A stretch of 63,418 nt of DNA, counting the filler, from Octopus bimaculoides (lineage: Eukaryota), in the NCBI RefSeq assembly GCF_001194135.2. It is 7 parts of 7 records of this genome, joined end to end, with 100 filler letters (N's around TTAATTAATTAA, not from the genome) between each part and the next. Parts side by side here need not be neighbours in the genome. Positions count along the whole stretch, not along the records: positions 6,000 to 28,166 come from NC_068994.1; positions 28,267 to 36,655 come from NC_069010.1; positions 36,756 to 45,661 come from NC_068983.1; 4 more parts are not named here. One strand, written 5' to 3'. The notes under the pieces are model-generated. The model saw nothing but the letters and a program-made list of their open reading frames with translations. It ran no database searches and was not told the DNA's origin. Below, in pieces: positions 27,983 through 41,048 of this stretch. How positions within the stretch are numbered: position 1 is the first letter of the stretch; the number at the start of each line of letters is the position of its first letter. Both the position numbers and the translations under genes were made by a program.

Positions 27983-28729
27983 CATCTCTCTCTCTCTCTC
28001 TTTCTCTGTCATATATACTTCTTTTACTTGTCTCATGAATTGAACTGCCTTGAAGGTTGAGTTGATCAAATTGGAACATGTACACACACACACACATTTG
28101 TGTGTGCCCCAGCATGGCCACAGTCTAATGACTGAAACAAGTAAAAGGAAATATATATATATATATNNNNNNNNNNNNNNNNNNNNNNNNNNNNNNNNNN
28201 NNNNNNNNNNTTAATTAATTAANNNNNNNNNNNNNNNNNNNNNNNNNNNNNNNNNNNNNNNNNNNNGAAAACAAATGTAGAATGATAGACAGACAGATAG
28301 ATAGACAAATTGATTGATAGATAGACAAATTAGATAGATAGATAGACAAATTAGATAGATAGATAGATAGACAAATTAGATAGGTAGATAGACAAATTAG
28401 ATAGGTAGGTAGGTAGATAGAGAGGTAGATAGATAGACAGACAGACAGATAAATAGACAAATTGATTGATAGATAGATGAGTGGATGCATAGATGGACAT
28501 ATGTTTGGAATAAAGTGTCTACTTCAAGGTTTCACCGCAAAACTGGCTTCTGAAGGCAGTATGCACACACACACACACACACACACACCACTACACAGGC
28601 ATCAATAAACAATCCCCCCACCCCGTTTCCACTCAAACTGACAAGATCCTCTTGCTGTTTGCGCCATTTATTGTCACAGCCACCATCACCGCCACCGCTA
28701 CCATCCTTCATTTTCTTCTATTATTATTA

Positions 28730-28769
<40 letters not shown>

Positions 28770-29151
28770 TTTATTATTCCTATACACAGGTCTCCCTCTC
28801 TAATGGCTTTTAACGCATAATTAATCAATTCGTCAAACATTGTGGTCATTACGTTGATGTCAATCAACATTAAGGCCTAACGAGTTTGTATACACAGGTG
28901 TGTGTGTGTGTGTGTGTTTTACCTTTCATTTGTTTCAGGCATTAGGTAGCAGCCATTCTGGGGCACCGCCTAGAAGCATTTTTCTTTTTAGCCAAATAAA
29001 TTGACCCCGGTAACTGTTTTGTTTTTAAAGCCTAGTACTTACTTATTCTATCGGTCACTTTTGCCGAACCGCTAAGTTACGGGGACGTAAGCACACCAAC
29101 ACCGGTTGTCAAGCGGTGGGGGCGAACTACATACATTACACACATACATAC

Positions 29152-29194
<43 letters not shown>

Positions 29195-30378
29195 TTATCA
29201 TCATCGTTTAACGTCCGCTTTCCATGCTAGCATGGGTTGGACGGTTTGACTGAGGACTGGCGAACCGGATGGCTACACCAGGCTCCAATCTGATCTGGCA
29301 GAGTTTCTACAGCTGGATGCCCTTCCTAATGGTAACCACTCTGAGAGTGTAGTGGGTGCTTTGACATGCCACCGGCACAAGGGCCAGTCAAGCGGTACTG
29401 GCAACGACCACGCTCAAAATGGTGTTTTTTACGTGCCACCTGCACAGGAGTCAGTCCAGCGGCACTGGCAATGACCTCGCTCAAATGTTTTTTCACATGC
29501 CACTACCATGGCCTAGTGTGTAGGAAAAACTAGTCAATGGACTATATATAGGTGCAGGAGTGACTGTGTGGTAAGAAGCTTGCCTCCCAGCCACATAGTT
29601 CCAGGTTCAGTCCCACTGTGTGGCACCTTGGGCAAGTGTCTTCTACTATAGCCTCGGGCCGACCAAAGCCTTGTGAGTGGATTTGGTAGATGGAAACTGA
29701 AAGAAGCCCATCATGTGTGGGTGTGTCTGTTTGAACATATATCTGCACCATCGCTTGACAACCGATGTTGGTGCATTTATGTCCCCGTAACTTAGCGACT
29801 AGTAATCAACTAGTTCCCGCCCCCAAATTTCGGGCCTTATACCTATAATAGAAAGGATTATTATTATCATGAAGGTGGTGAAATTTCAAGTTTCGTATTG
29901 TAGACATCTGACGTGTGTCAGCATGTATATATTTTTTTCTTGACATAATCTACACACATTGAAAAGTGTTTATAGAAAATTCCATTAAAATTTACTTATT
30001 TTTCTGAAAGTTATGAGTAAACAAACTCGAGTCGTGTGAACATTCCAAAACTCCTCTCCCCGACCACACAAAAATATTTATCACCACATATTCCGATACA
30101 ATCGCTATCTACAACCATGTGAAGTGTATTTGTAGAAAATTTCTTTAAAAAATATCCATTTTTCTGAAAGTTATGAGGCAACAAAGTCGGAGACGAGCAG
30201 GACTTCATGCGAGGTGTGCCAAAAAGCCTGGCATAAATTCACTGAAACACTCTCTGAAAATTACAGATAACAAGTAACCTCGCTTGCATTATACCAGAAT
30301 GAGTCCGGAAAATTCTTCGTAAATATTTTTGCCTAGGGAAAACTTACCTTTGGAGATTTCGCCATGAAGGAGGTTTAC

Positions 30379-30574
30379 ATATGGGCTGAGTGCTGAAAAG
30401 TTACCTGGCTTTGGGTAAAAGAAAATACAGGAGGATCAGTTAATTATGATTTTATTCAACATGTTCCCCTCTCAGATTCACACACTTATTGCAGGGGTCC
30501 TTCAGTTTTTCTAAGCCCTGCAAAAGAACTTGGAAGCTTGGGTCTCCAACCAGGCTTTTCAGCACCTCTTCGTA
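30379..30574. mobile_element. Short non-autonomous mariner-like element with TIRs
   Basis: GTGCTGAAAAG at ~30390 and CTTTTCAGCACCTCTTCGTA at 30555-30574. The same left end recurs at ~30746. Confidence 0.7.
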
Positions 30575-30745
30575 TATATATCATCATCATCATCATCATC
30601 GTTTAATGTCCGCTTTCCATGCTAGCATGGGTTGGACGACTTGACTGAGGACTGGTGAAACCGGATGGCAACACCAGGCTCCAATCGAAATTTGGCAGAG
30701 TTTCTACAGCTGGATGCCCTTCCTAACGCCAGAGTACATATATAT

Positions 30746-31185
30746 ATGAGGGGTTGCTAAAAAGCTCTTAGCTTTGGATAAAAGAAAATACAGGAGGACA
30801 TTTTGGTGGGAGGGCGCCAGAAAATAATTCAGATATATTCTACTGTGTCTGCTTCTTCATAGTCACTTCCACCGTTTCTGTATCGTTAAATCATTGCCTT
30901 CGAAGACTGTCCTTCATTTTGGCTGGACGGGTGGAAATCGGAGGCCACCAAATCGAAGCTACATGGGGGGCAGGAAGCCATTGATCAGCCGAATACTTGA
31001 TCTTTTGCCAAATATGTATCTGCTTATGGTGAATGTCATGGTGAATGTAGATCGTTTTTAGATTCTTGTTCGATCTCTTCCTTCTAATGGCTTCTCTGAG
31101 CTATTTCAGTGTCTCAATGCATCACTCGCTGCTCACAGAACAGCCATGTTTCAGAAAATCAATGAGAATGACGCCTTTGTTATCC
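30746..31185 (-). mobile_element. Mariner transposase remnant
   Basis: Minus translation fragments LPPCSFDLVASDFH (decayed PPYSPDLAPSDF) and MKDSLRRQ*FNDTETVEV, next to a TIR matching the 30379 element. Confidence 0.7.
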
Positions 31186-34084
31186 CCCCCACCCCCCACC
31201 CGNNNNNNNNNNNNNNNNNNNNNNNNNNNNNNNNNNNNNNNNNNNNNNNNNNNNNNNNNNNNNNNNNNNNNNNNNNNNNNNNNNNNNNNNNNNNNNNNNN
31301 NNNNNNNNNNNNNNNNNNNNNNNNNNNNNNNNNNNNNNNNNNNNNNNNNNNNNNNNNNNNNNNNNNNNNNNNNNNNNNNNNNNNNNNNNNNNNNNNNNNN
31401 NNNNNNNNNNNNNNACTGGTGTGAGACATAGCTTGCAGACCATCATACAATTTGTTTGACATCACCTTTTTGTTCTTCTTCCGTTTTACGAATTCACTGT
31501 GTCCATGCTCATTCAGTGTTCATACTTCTCTTTCCAGTTCCTACTCGAAACTGTTTACAGATCACAACCATCTCATGAACATGCGGTCGTGAGGAGTACC
31601 CCGATGGTTGTAAAAGAAAAGAAGAAAAAAATACAAAGAAGGTAAGTCAGGTTGTTTCGATTCGTTTCTTCAGAATTCCTACACGTTGTTTTCCTCGATC
31701 ATGAAAAAGAAAAAAAAAATGAAGATTACGATTGAAAAATTGGTGTAAAAAAAATCAGAAAGACTTCACTTTTATTTACTCGTAGATTTTATTATTCTGA
31801 TATGTAAATTAGCGCCAAAAGGGGAGAGTGAATGTATGAGTGGACAAGTGAGAACAAAATGAGACAAAGTTTCATTAAACATTATTTTTCTTCATGGAAT
31901 TAAGTGGACTACTCAGAAAGTATTGCAGGCTGCAGATTGCCCATAATTGGCATAGGGTGAGACTTCCTTTTAGAGTCATAAAGATTTTCCCATATTTCAT
32001 CTCCTGTCACCATATTCCACCAGCTCGCTGCCTTACCAAAGAAAGGTATTAGATATTTCTTTCTACTGAAAGCACAAGGCCTGAAATTTGGGGTAGGGAT
32101 TAAATCGGTTATATCAACTCCAGCTCCAGTGCGTAACTGGTACTTATTTTATTGACCCCACCCCCCGAAAGGATGAAAGGCAAAGTCCACCCCGATGGAA
32201 TTTGAACTCAGAATGTGAAAACTGACGAAATACCGCTAAGTATTTCGTCCAGCATGCTAATGATTCTACCAGCTCGCCGCCTTACCAAAGGCATTAACTA
32301 ATATTAAAAACTAATAAATAAAGAACTCATCAATGCTAAACTAATGTGAAATATGTAGACACTTCCTTAACAACCGACATAAGTTTGGGCTGGATATCCC
32401 TACAATAATTAGGTCACTTGTATGAATATATATATAACTTAACTGTCCCCCAGCACAGACCGTGAGAAACTGGTCTTCCATAAACTAGGACACGGCGAGT
32501 TAAGAAAGTTCAAGTCAAGTGCGGCGGTTTGGTAGAGTCGTATGAGCATTGGATAGAGTGACATATGGTGTTTATTCGAACACTTTATGTTCTGAGTTCA
32601 AATCCTGCTGAGGACAACAACTTTGCTTTTTTTTTTTAATTAATGGAGGTTTGATTAAAAACTAAATATTACCAATCAAGGTGGTGGATTGGGTGAATTG
32701 CAAGGACATAAGATTTGGTGTGTTGTGGTATTTGTTTCAGCTCTCAGCATTCTGAGTTCAAACTCCACCGAAGTGAATCTTAGTTTTAGATGGTGGGTAG
32801 AGGGGGTATTTGATTAGAAAAATAAGAACCGGGGCAATGGAGACTAATACGATAAATAAAAATCAGGGTAGGAGACTATATGAACATTGTTTTCAGTCGT
32901 GTTTGTTTGTCTGTCCGTGGACAAGATATCTCAAGAACAGCTGGATGAATTTGGATGAAATTTTCAGGGATGTTTGGCCTCGTCACTGGCACGAACTGAT
33001 TAGATTTGGGGACCGATCCGCTACCGGACAAAGATTCTGGATTATTTGTTATATTTATTTTATTTTACATGATTAAGACCTTATGTTAACTTTCAAGTCT
33101 TTCTCAATTACCTCCCTTCAACTGTTTTCAATGGTGAATTTGTTTACTTTGGCTTGTATTATTAGATAAGGATAAACTACTTATTACTGTTACTAAATTT
33201 TCTACAGCCAACTTCACATTCCATAACTACCATTGGGATCGCTCCGATACCGCACAAGGATTCTGGATTATTTTTCCGGGTTTTTACTTAATTTTTGAGA
33301 GCAGTCGGGTTCATTTTTAGTATTCTCATTTGTGAGAGCAGTCGAGTTTATTTCAGATATTCTCATTTTAAAAACCATCTCTGGTTAATCGTTGAGTTGC
33401 CATGGTGGAGGCTTGCACTCTCTGAATGCTCTTGTTGTTGTTCTTCTTATTATTATGTACTCTTTTACTCTTTTACTTGTTTCAGTCATTTGACTGCGGC
33501 CATGCTGGAGCACCGCCTTTAGTATAAATTTGGTTGAGATATATCAAAGTATTTTATCACACAAACAATTAGCTATAACTTTGAAACTTAAAATAGAAAC
33601 GACGTGAATTTTATTATTTGCTAATTAATCAGTTCACATTGCAAATAAAGTCCACAAAATAATATAATATTTAATAAGATTTATTCAAATTACTGTTGAA
33701 CACATGTTTCCATAATGGATAATTATATATTCATATAAAAAAAATAGCCATTATTGAAATTTAAACGAGTGTTATAATTTTTCTTCATTTTTAACATTTA
33801 TTTAGATTTCAGTTACAGATGAAACGATGTGTGTTTACCATGTATTTATAAATCCATTATTGAAACGTGTGTAGAATAATAATGTGAATAAATCCTATTA
33901 TTTAGTCTGTTTGCTTGGTAAGAAGCTTGCTTCCCAACCACATGTTTCTGTGTTCAGTCCCACTGTGTGGCACCTTGGGCAAGTGTCTTCTACTATAGCT
34001 TTCGGCTGACCATAGACTTGAGAGTAAATTTGGTAGACAGGAACTGAAGGAAACACCCGTTGTGTGTGTATATATATATATATA

Positions 34085-34545
34085 TATCATCATCATCATC
34101 ATCATTGTTTAACGTTCGCTTTCCATGCTAGCATGGACGATTTGACTGAGTACTGGTGAAACCAGATGGCTACACCAGGCTCCAATCTGATTTGGCAGAG
34201 TTTCTACAGCTGGATGCCCTTCCTAACGCCAACCACTCAGAGAGTGTAGTGGGTGCTTTTATGTGTCACCCACACGAGGGCCAGTCTGGCGGTACTGGTA
34301 ACAGCCACGCTCAAAATGGTGTATTTTATGTGCCACCCGCACAAGAGCCAGTCCAGGGGCACTGGCAACGCTCTTGCTTGAAAATCCTTACACATGTCAC
34401 CGACACAAGTGCCAGAAAGGCGACGCTGGGCACAGGTGCCATCCCGATTTCGCTTTCGCTTGCCCCAATAAGTCTTCACAAGCTCAGTTTCATGTCCAAT
34501 GAAGGAGACGACGTTGGCATGGGTGCCAGTCATCGAATTTAGTTC
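34085..34545 (-). mobile_element. Repeat family C: LINE-3'-end-type retroposon with (GAT)n tail
   Basis: (CAT)n followed by GTTTAACGT(T/C)CGCTTTCCATGCTAGCATG...CTACAGCTGGATGCCCTTCCTAA. Copies at ~29190-29510, 30580-30735 and 8500-8620 (-), and 51790-52025 and 60735-60955 (+). Confidence 0.75.
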
Positions 34546-34559
34546 GATAATATATATAT

Positions 34560-34777
34560 ATTGTGAAGTATATTTGCCACCTAAATGTGGCTAACCCTTA
34601 AGGGTCGATGTTATTGTAGCTTGGCGCCCCAGCTGGCTATTGACACACTATCTGTGTCCTATCAGTATTTGCAAAAGAAGTCATCGCTCCCATCTCCAGC
34701 CTGACGTGATACACAAGCTACAGTAGCATCGATCCTTAAGGGTTAACCACATTTAGGTGGCAAATATACTTCACAAT
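34560..34777. mobile_element. Fold-back/MITE-like element (64-bp inverted arms), same family as 44831-45066
   Basis: 34560-34623 vs 34714-34777: 4 mismatches. TGT...ACA-like termini; the loop shares TTGACA..TGTGTCCT..CTCC..CCAGC with the 44.9-kb copy. Confidence 0.85.
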
Positions 34778-35034
34778 GTCGTGCAGCTACTGTTTATAAC
34801 TCGCTCAGAGATTTATAATCGCTTATCTGGGACTTGACTGAGGAAAGAAAACTCTGAATGACCCATCCTTGTTTTTTCTTTGTATCGTCTGTCTGGATGT
34901 TTTGTTGTCCCTTTTTTTGTATCACCCTAACTGTCTGAATGTTTTGCGTTCTTGTCCCATTTTGTATCTTATATATATATATATTTATATATATTTAAGA
35001 ATTTAAGGATTGTAGAAAACGCATATTATAATTG

Positions 35035-35133
35035 CATACTTTATTCCTACATATGTTTCAAAGGATTACAACCTGTGTGATCCATAGGGATCTTTGATAT
35101 TAAAATTGTAACCTTCTCATCAGGGAAAGCATG
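35035..35133 (-). ncRNA. Minimal type-I hammerhead ribozyme (Penelope/retrozyme-like)
   Basis: Minus strand: stem I 5' CAUGCUUUCC; core CUGAUGA (35123-35117); stem II GAAGG-UUACAA...UUGUAA-U-CCUUU with inner hairpin GAUCC/GGAUC; GAAAC (35059-35055); palindromic stem/loop III ACAUAUGU; cleavage triplet GUA (35050-35048); stem I 3' GG-AAU-AAAG-UAUG; AATAAA follows immediately. Confidence 0.8.
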
Positions 35134-35136
35134 GGA

Positions 35137-35222
35137 ATCCTCTGATGAGAAGGTTACAATTTTAATATCAAAGATCCCTATGGATCACACAGGTTGTAAT
35201 CCTTTGAAACATATGTAGGAAT
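35137..35222 (+). ncRNA. Mirror hammerhead copy on plus strand (weak stem I)
   Basis: Same core as the minus copy: CUGAUGA 35142-35148, GAAAC 35206-35210, GUA 35215-35217. Its stem I 5' strand (AAUCCU) pairs only partly with GGAAU. Confidence 0.55.
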
Positions 35223-35778
35223 AAAGTATGCAATTATAACATGCGTTTTCTCCATTCCTTAAATTCTTAAATATACTCAAATACCCAAAATTTCAAGGAG
35301 TTCCTGCCTTAAAAACAGGAGCTAACCACAGTTATTTTGTGTTCTTTGCTACATTGGTTTCTATTANNNNNNNNNNNNNNNNNNNNNNNNNNNNNNNNNN
35401 NNNNNNNNNNNNNNNNNNNNNNNNNNNNNNNNNNNNNNNNNNNNNNNNNNNNNNNNNNNNNNNNNNNNNNNNNNNNNNNNNNNNNNNNNNNNNNNNNNNN
35501 NNNNNNNNNNNNNNNNNNNNNNNNNNNNNNNNNNNNNNNNNNNNNNNNNNNNNNNNNNNNNNNNNNNNNNNNNNNNNNNNNNNNNNNNNNNNNNNNNNNN
35601 NNNNNNNNNNNNNNNNNNNNNNNNNNNNNNNNNNNNNNNNNNNNNNNNNNNNNNNNNNNNNNNNNNNNNNNNNNNNNNNNNNNNNNNNNNNNNNNNNNNN
35701 NNNNNNNNNNNNNNNNNNNNNNNNNNNNNNNNNNNNNNNNNNNNNNNNTTTATTACTAACTGGCAATTCCCTGCCCTA

Positions 35779-35814
<36 letters not shown>

Positions 35815-35829
35815 TAGATAGATAGAAAG

Positions 35830-35860
<31 letters not shown>

Positions 35861-35895
35861 GATAGATAGATAGACATAGCTAAATAGATAGATAA

Positions 35896-35936
<41 letters not shown>

Positions 35937-36605
35937 CAGACAGCTAATTTGTCTCAAAGTTCTTATCTCGATGTAAAATTAATGAAGCGAATGTCATTTG
36001 TCTCTTCCTTGATATCTGATGTCATCTGACAAACACCGACCAAGATGGCGTGAATCAGCCATCCTATTTCCTGCTAGAAATAGCAACCCAAATGCTTTTA
36101 AATCAGATTCCAATGCTGGGTGTTCAAGAAACAAATGAAGAGCAGATTTTCAATCCTGGAATCATCCTGGTTCCAAAAGGGTATGATATATATACGTAGA
36201 ACAAATGTTCACTGAGATACAGGGGTCCTAGACGGACAGACAGAATTTAGCGTTTATTAATATACGTGTAAGGTAATATCAGAATGGCTTACCAGTACCT
36301 AAGGTTTCCTGCTAGTAGTATATATATCTGCCAACATTCATTCTGGCGGTAAAAATTATGACTGTATTTACAGGTATTTATTGGCAAACAGCCATAGCTT
36401 GGCACCGAGCCACATCTGGTCTATCTTCAACTGAACTAATGCTGGCAGAGGCACTCACATGTATAAAACAGATGGTTCTTGAGATACTTCTCTGACGGGA
36501 AACATAACAGCTACTGGTACATCATATCATGTTTGTATACACATTCAAAACGTTTTGTATGTGTGTGTGTGAACATGTATGCATGCATACATACATGTAT
36601 ACATG

Positions 36606-36655
<50 letters not shown>

Positions 36656-36760
36656 NNNNNNNNNNNNNNNNNNNNNNNNNNNNNNNNNNNNNNNNNNNNT
36701 TAATTAATTAANNNNNNNNNNNNNNNNNNNNNNNNNNNNNNNNNNNNNNNNNNNNGAGAT

Positions 36761-36811
<51 letters not shown>

Positions 36812-36832
36812 AAGAGAAAGAGAGAGAGAGAT

Positions 36833-36863
<31 letters not shown>

Positions 36864-37680
36864 CGCTAGAGCAAGTATACAATGCTATTTCCCGGGGAAT
36901 TTTATTTGGGTGGAAATGATGTTGGTGATATGAATTTACAGCGCTTACTCCTGTGTTTCTCTGAAAATCCAATACGCGAAGTTCAATCTACCTCTGATTT
37001 AGCATTCAAATAAGATGACATGTATGAGTAAGTACCTTTTTCTAAGAGTGGTCTACAAACATTTTGTGCCCCGCTTTAGAAAGGTAGAATGCTTGCCAAC
37101 AAAAGTGTTCGCACTTTAAAAGAAAGTTTGCCAACTTTTGCTTATAACAACCCTAATGGTAAACTCAACATGAAAATTACAATAGGAGCTTACAATAGGA
37201 GCTCAGTTCCTGCGCTGAACTGTACAGAAAGACGATGTGTTATAAACAACAAACAATTTTGGATAAGTTCTTCAGCCCTCATGTAGCTGTTGACGATGAT
37301 GAACTAAACGACAGATAATAATGTCTCTCAGTAACACTCATACTACCACTCCATCCTCGTGCAGTAGTCAACATCATTCGTAGTCAGAATGTACCCTGTT
37401 GACATATCACGATTCCTATCTATTTCCTGACGTATTTCTCTTAAAACATTTTTATGCATATTGTACTTTTATCTAGATGCGTACATACGGTGGTTTTTAC
37501 GAAAATTATCCTTCGGAATGCATTATAACTTTTTAGGATAAAAATCAACCAGGAAATTAACTTCGCGTTACGAAATTTTGCATTACATCACAGCTATGAA
37601 TTCATCCTGTAACGCAGGGTGTTTCGTACACGAACATACACATCCCACACATCTACTTAAATATTATATGGGAACTATCA

Positions 37681-38080
37681 GGCGCAGGAGTGGCTGTGTG
37701 GTAAGTAGTTTGCTTACCAACCACATGGTTCCGGGTTCAGTCCCACTGCGTAGCACCTTGGGCAAGTGTCTTCTACTATAGCCTCGGGCCGACCAGAGCC
37801 TTGTGAGTGGATTTGGTGGACGGAAACTGAAAGAAGCCCGTCGTATATATATATGTATATATGTATGTGTGTTTGTGTGTCTGTGTTTGTCCCCCACCAT
37901 CGCTTGACAACCGATGGTGGTGTGTTGACGTCCCCGTAACTTAGCGGTTCGGCAAAAGAGACCGATAGCATAAGTACTAGGCTTACAAAGAATAAGTCTT
38001 GGGGCCGATCTTCTCAACTAAAGGTGGTGCTCCAGCATGGCCGCAGTCAAATGACTGAAACAAGTAAAAGAGTAAAAGAG
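37681..38080 (+). mobile_element. tRNA-derived SINE family A, full-length copy
   Basis: Near-identical to 1376-1772. Further plus copies or fragments at ~2575-2765, 29551-29797, 43780-43875, 45845-46255, 47902-48330 and 59605-59745. Confidence 0.9.
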
Positions 38081-38122
38081 TATATGAAAATAGAAACCGT
38101 GGATAAACTACAAGAGTCCCAG

Positions 38123-38186
38123 CAGAGAAAACCAAACCAACTAGTTTCGTTTGTTTTTAACTGCTCATCAGAGATCGTTTTCTCTG
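38123..38186 (-). ncRNA. Hammerhead-like motif with decayed stem II
   Basis: Minus: CAGAGAAAAC-GAUCU CUGAUGA gcaguuaaaaacaaac GAAAC UA GUU GGUUUG-GUUUUCUCUG. It has a 10-bp distal stem I, palindromic ACUAGU stem III and a GUU triplet; stem II pairs poorly. Confidence 0.5.
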
Positions 38187-39222
38187 TCTTCGAGCTGCCG
38201 AAAATCCTGTAGTTTACCCACAGTGAGTATTTTGACAGCGAAACTAAATATATGCTTATTAAACATTGTATATATAACTTCCGTGTACAGCACCAACCCC
38301 ACATTCAGACATACGCGCGCGCGCACACACTCAGAAGCAGTCATACATATATGTAAATATGTATAAGGTAGATTGTTATCAATTTTCAGAAAGAAATGAA
38401 ACGATGCGGAAAAAAAATTGGAGAAAAGTTTTGTCTCGAATTTTCCAGTCACGACTTTAAAAAAAAATTTTTGTTTATTTAATCTGAAAATTATCTTTAT
38501 GTTGTACTTTATTATATTTATATTCATAGTACATACATACACAGACACACGAACACGCACATACATATACAAACACAACTACACATAGCACAGATTGACG
38601 CACAGACGTATTATATAAAATACAGAGACACGTTTGTAAGCGCTAACATAGCCTTGCAGTCACATATATAAGTACATACATACTCATATGCCTACCCCTC
38701 GTCTCTCTATATATCTATATGTGTGTGTATATGCGGATATGTGTGTGTATATATATACACACACACATACACACACATACACACATATACACACAGTCAC
38801 ATACATACATACATACATAGACGTATTTTCAAAATCTCGCAGCAATATACACATACGGAACCCACAACTTCTGACATATAGACAGACGTGCATACATTAT
38901 ATTAGCTGGTAGGTACATATAGCTCAACATTAATATTTAAGCATATATATTTACGCTATAGCTAACACAAACACTCACACACGTGCGAATATGTGCGTGT
39001 ATGTGTGTATATTTTATTGCACATACATTCACAAGCACACATAACACACACACACACGTATATGTATGCATGCATGTGTGTATATGTGTGTATATATGGA
39101 TGTGTGTTCCTATTATCATTTGCTGCAGACTTAGTATTGCCGATATTATCAAAGAGCAGAACGGCGAATCATTATAATGCTGCCAGACACATTAGAATAT
39201 TCTTCAATTCTTCTCTAAGAGA

Positions 39223-39311
<89 letters not shown>

Positions 39312-41012
39312 AAAAGGAAAGTGAGATTGAGAGAGATTTAGAGATAAATAGATAAGCAGAGAATTGAAAAATAGGGAGGGAATTGAGATAAAGCGAGAGA
39401 AGCGTGTCGTAGCGTCTACCGGAAACTTGTTTGTCGAAGTTATGAGAGATTTTTATAAAGGCTGGTTGTTGCTAATTATATAAACACACACCAGTCACCA
39501 CACACCCTTTCATGTGTCACTTTATTCCTCTACATCTCCTTTCTCTCATATTCCTTCTTTTACCCACTCGTTATTACATCATTATTGCTCTTGGTGTTTC
39601 GTTTGTTCTAACAGTAATTGTCTTTTTATCAACACTGACATTTTATTTTCACCTGATACCTGCTGTCTCTTTTCTGATCTACATGTGTATATCTATCTGT
39701 CATTATTCCATCCCTCTAAGACAACGATCTGGCAGAATCGCTAGAACACCAGACAAAATGCTTAGCAGTAAGTATTTCGTCCGCCCTTACATTCTGAGTT
39801 CAAACTCCGCCAAGGTTCAACGTTGTCTTTCATCCTTTCGAGATCGATAAAATGAGTTCCAGTCAAATACTGGGGTTGATGAGATCGACTACCCGCTCCT
39901 CCCAAATTTCTGTAGAAATGATCATTCCATCCAAATAAAATTCTTTCCCATTAGTCCCTACTAAAGTACCATTACCAAGACTCAGCATAATCTTCTATTC
40001 AGCAGCTCTTGACCCATTGCCGGATTGAAACCTCAATCAAGCCACTACCGGCTTATGCTGGTCGTAGGCCTTCCTCTCCATATATATACATACATACATA
40101 CATACATATATATATATATNNNNNNNNNNNNNNNNNNNNNNNNNNNNNNNNNNNNNNNNNNNNNNNNNNNNNNNNNNNNNNNNNNNNNNNNNNNNNNNNN
40201 NNNNNNNNNNNNNNNNNNNNNNNNNNNNNNNNNNNNNNNNNNNNNNNNNNNNNNNNNNNNNNNNNNNNNNNNNNNNNNNNNNNNNNNNNNNNNNNNNNNN
40301 NNNNNNNNNNNNNNNNNNNNNNNNNNNNNNNNNNNNNNNNNNNNNNNNNNNNNNNNNNNNNNNNNNNNNNNNNNNNNNNNNNNNNNNNNNNNNNNNNNNN
40401 NNNNNNNNNNNNNNNNNNNNNNNNNNNNNNNNNNNNNNNNNNNNNNNNNNNNNNNNNNNNNNNNNNNNNNNNNNNNNNNNNNNNNNNNNNNNNNNNNNNN
40501 NNNNNNNNNNNNNNNNNNNNNNNNNNNNNNNNNNNNNNNNNNNNNNNNNNNNNNNNNNNNNNNNNNNNNNNNNNNNNNNNNNNNNNNNNNNNNNNNNNNN
40601 NNNNNNNNNNNNNNNNNNNNNNNNNNNNNNNNNNNNNNNNNNNNNNNNNNNNNNNNNNNNNNNNNNNNNNNNNNNNNNNNNNNNNNNNNNNNNNNNNNNN
40701 NNNNNNNNNNNNNNNNNNNNNNNNNNNNNNNNNNNNNNNNNNNNNNNNNNNNNNNNNNNNNNNNNNNNNNNNNNNNNNNNNNNNNNNNNNNNNNNNNNNN
40801 NNNNNNNNNNNNNNNNNNNNNNNNNNNNNNNNNNNNNNNNNNNNNNNNNNNNNNNNNNNNNNNNNNNNNNNNNNNNNNNNNNNNNNNNNNNNNNNNNNNN
40901 NNNNNNNNNNNNNNNNNNNNNNNNNNNNNNNNNNNNNNNNNNNNNNNNNNNNNNNNNNNNNNNNNNNNNNNNNNNNNNNNNNNNNNNNNNNNNNNNNNNN
41001 NNNNNNNNNNNN

Positions 41013-41048
<36 letters not shown>

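Larger units (their letters stand above)
34990..35275. repeat. 286-bp near-perfect palindrome (134-bp arms, 18-nt spacer)
   Basis: 34990-35123 is the reverse complement of 35142-35275, with about 3 mismatches, all in the outer part. Confidence 0.95.
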
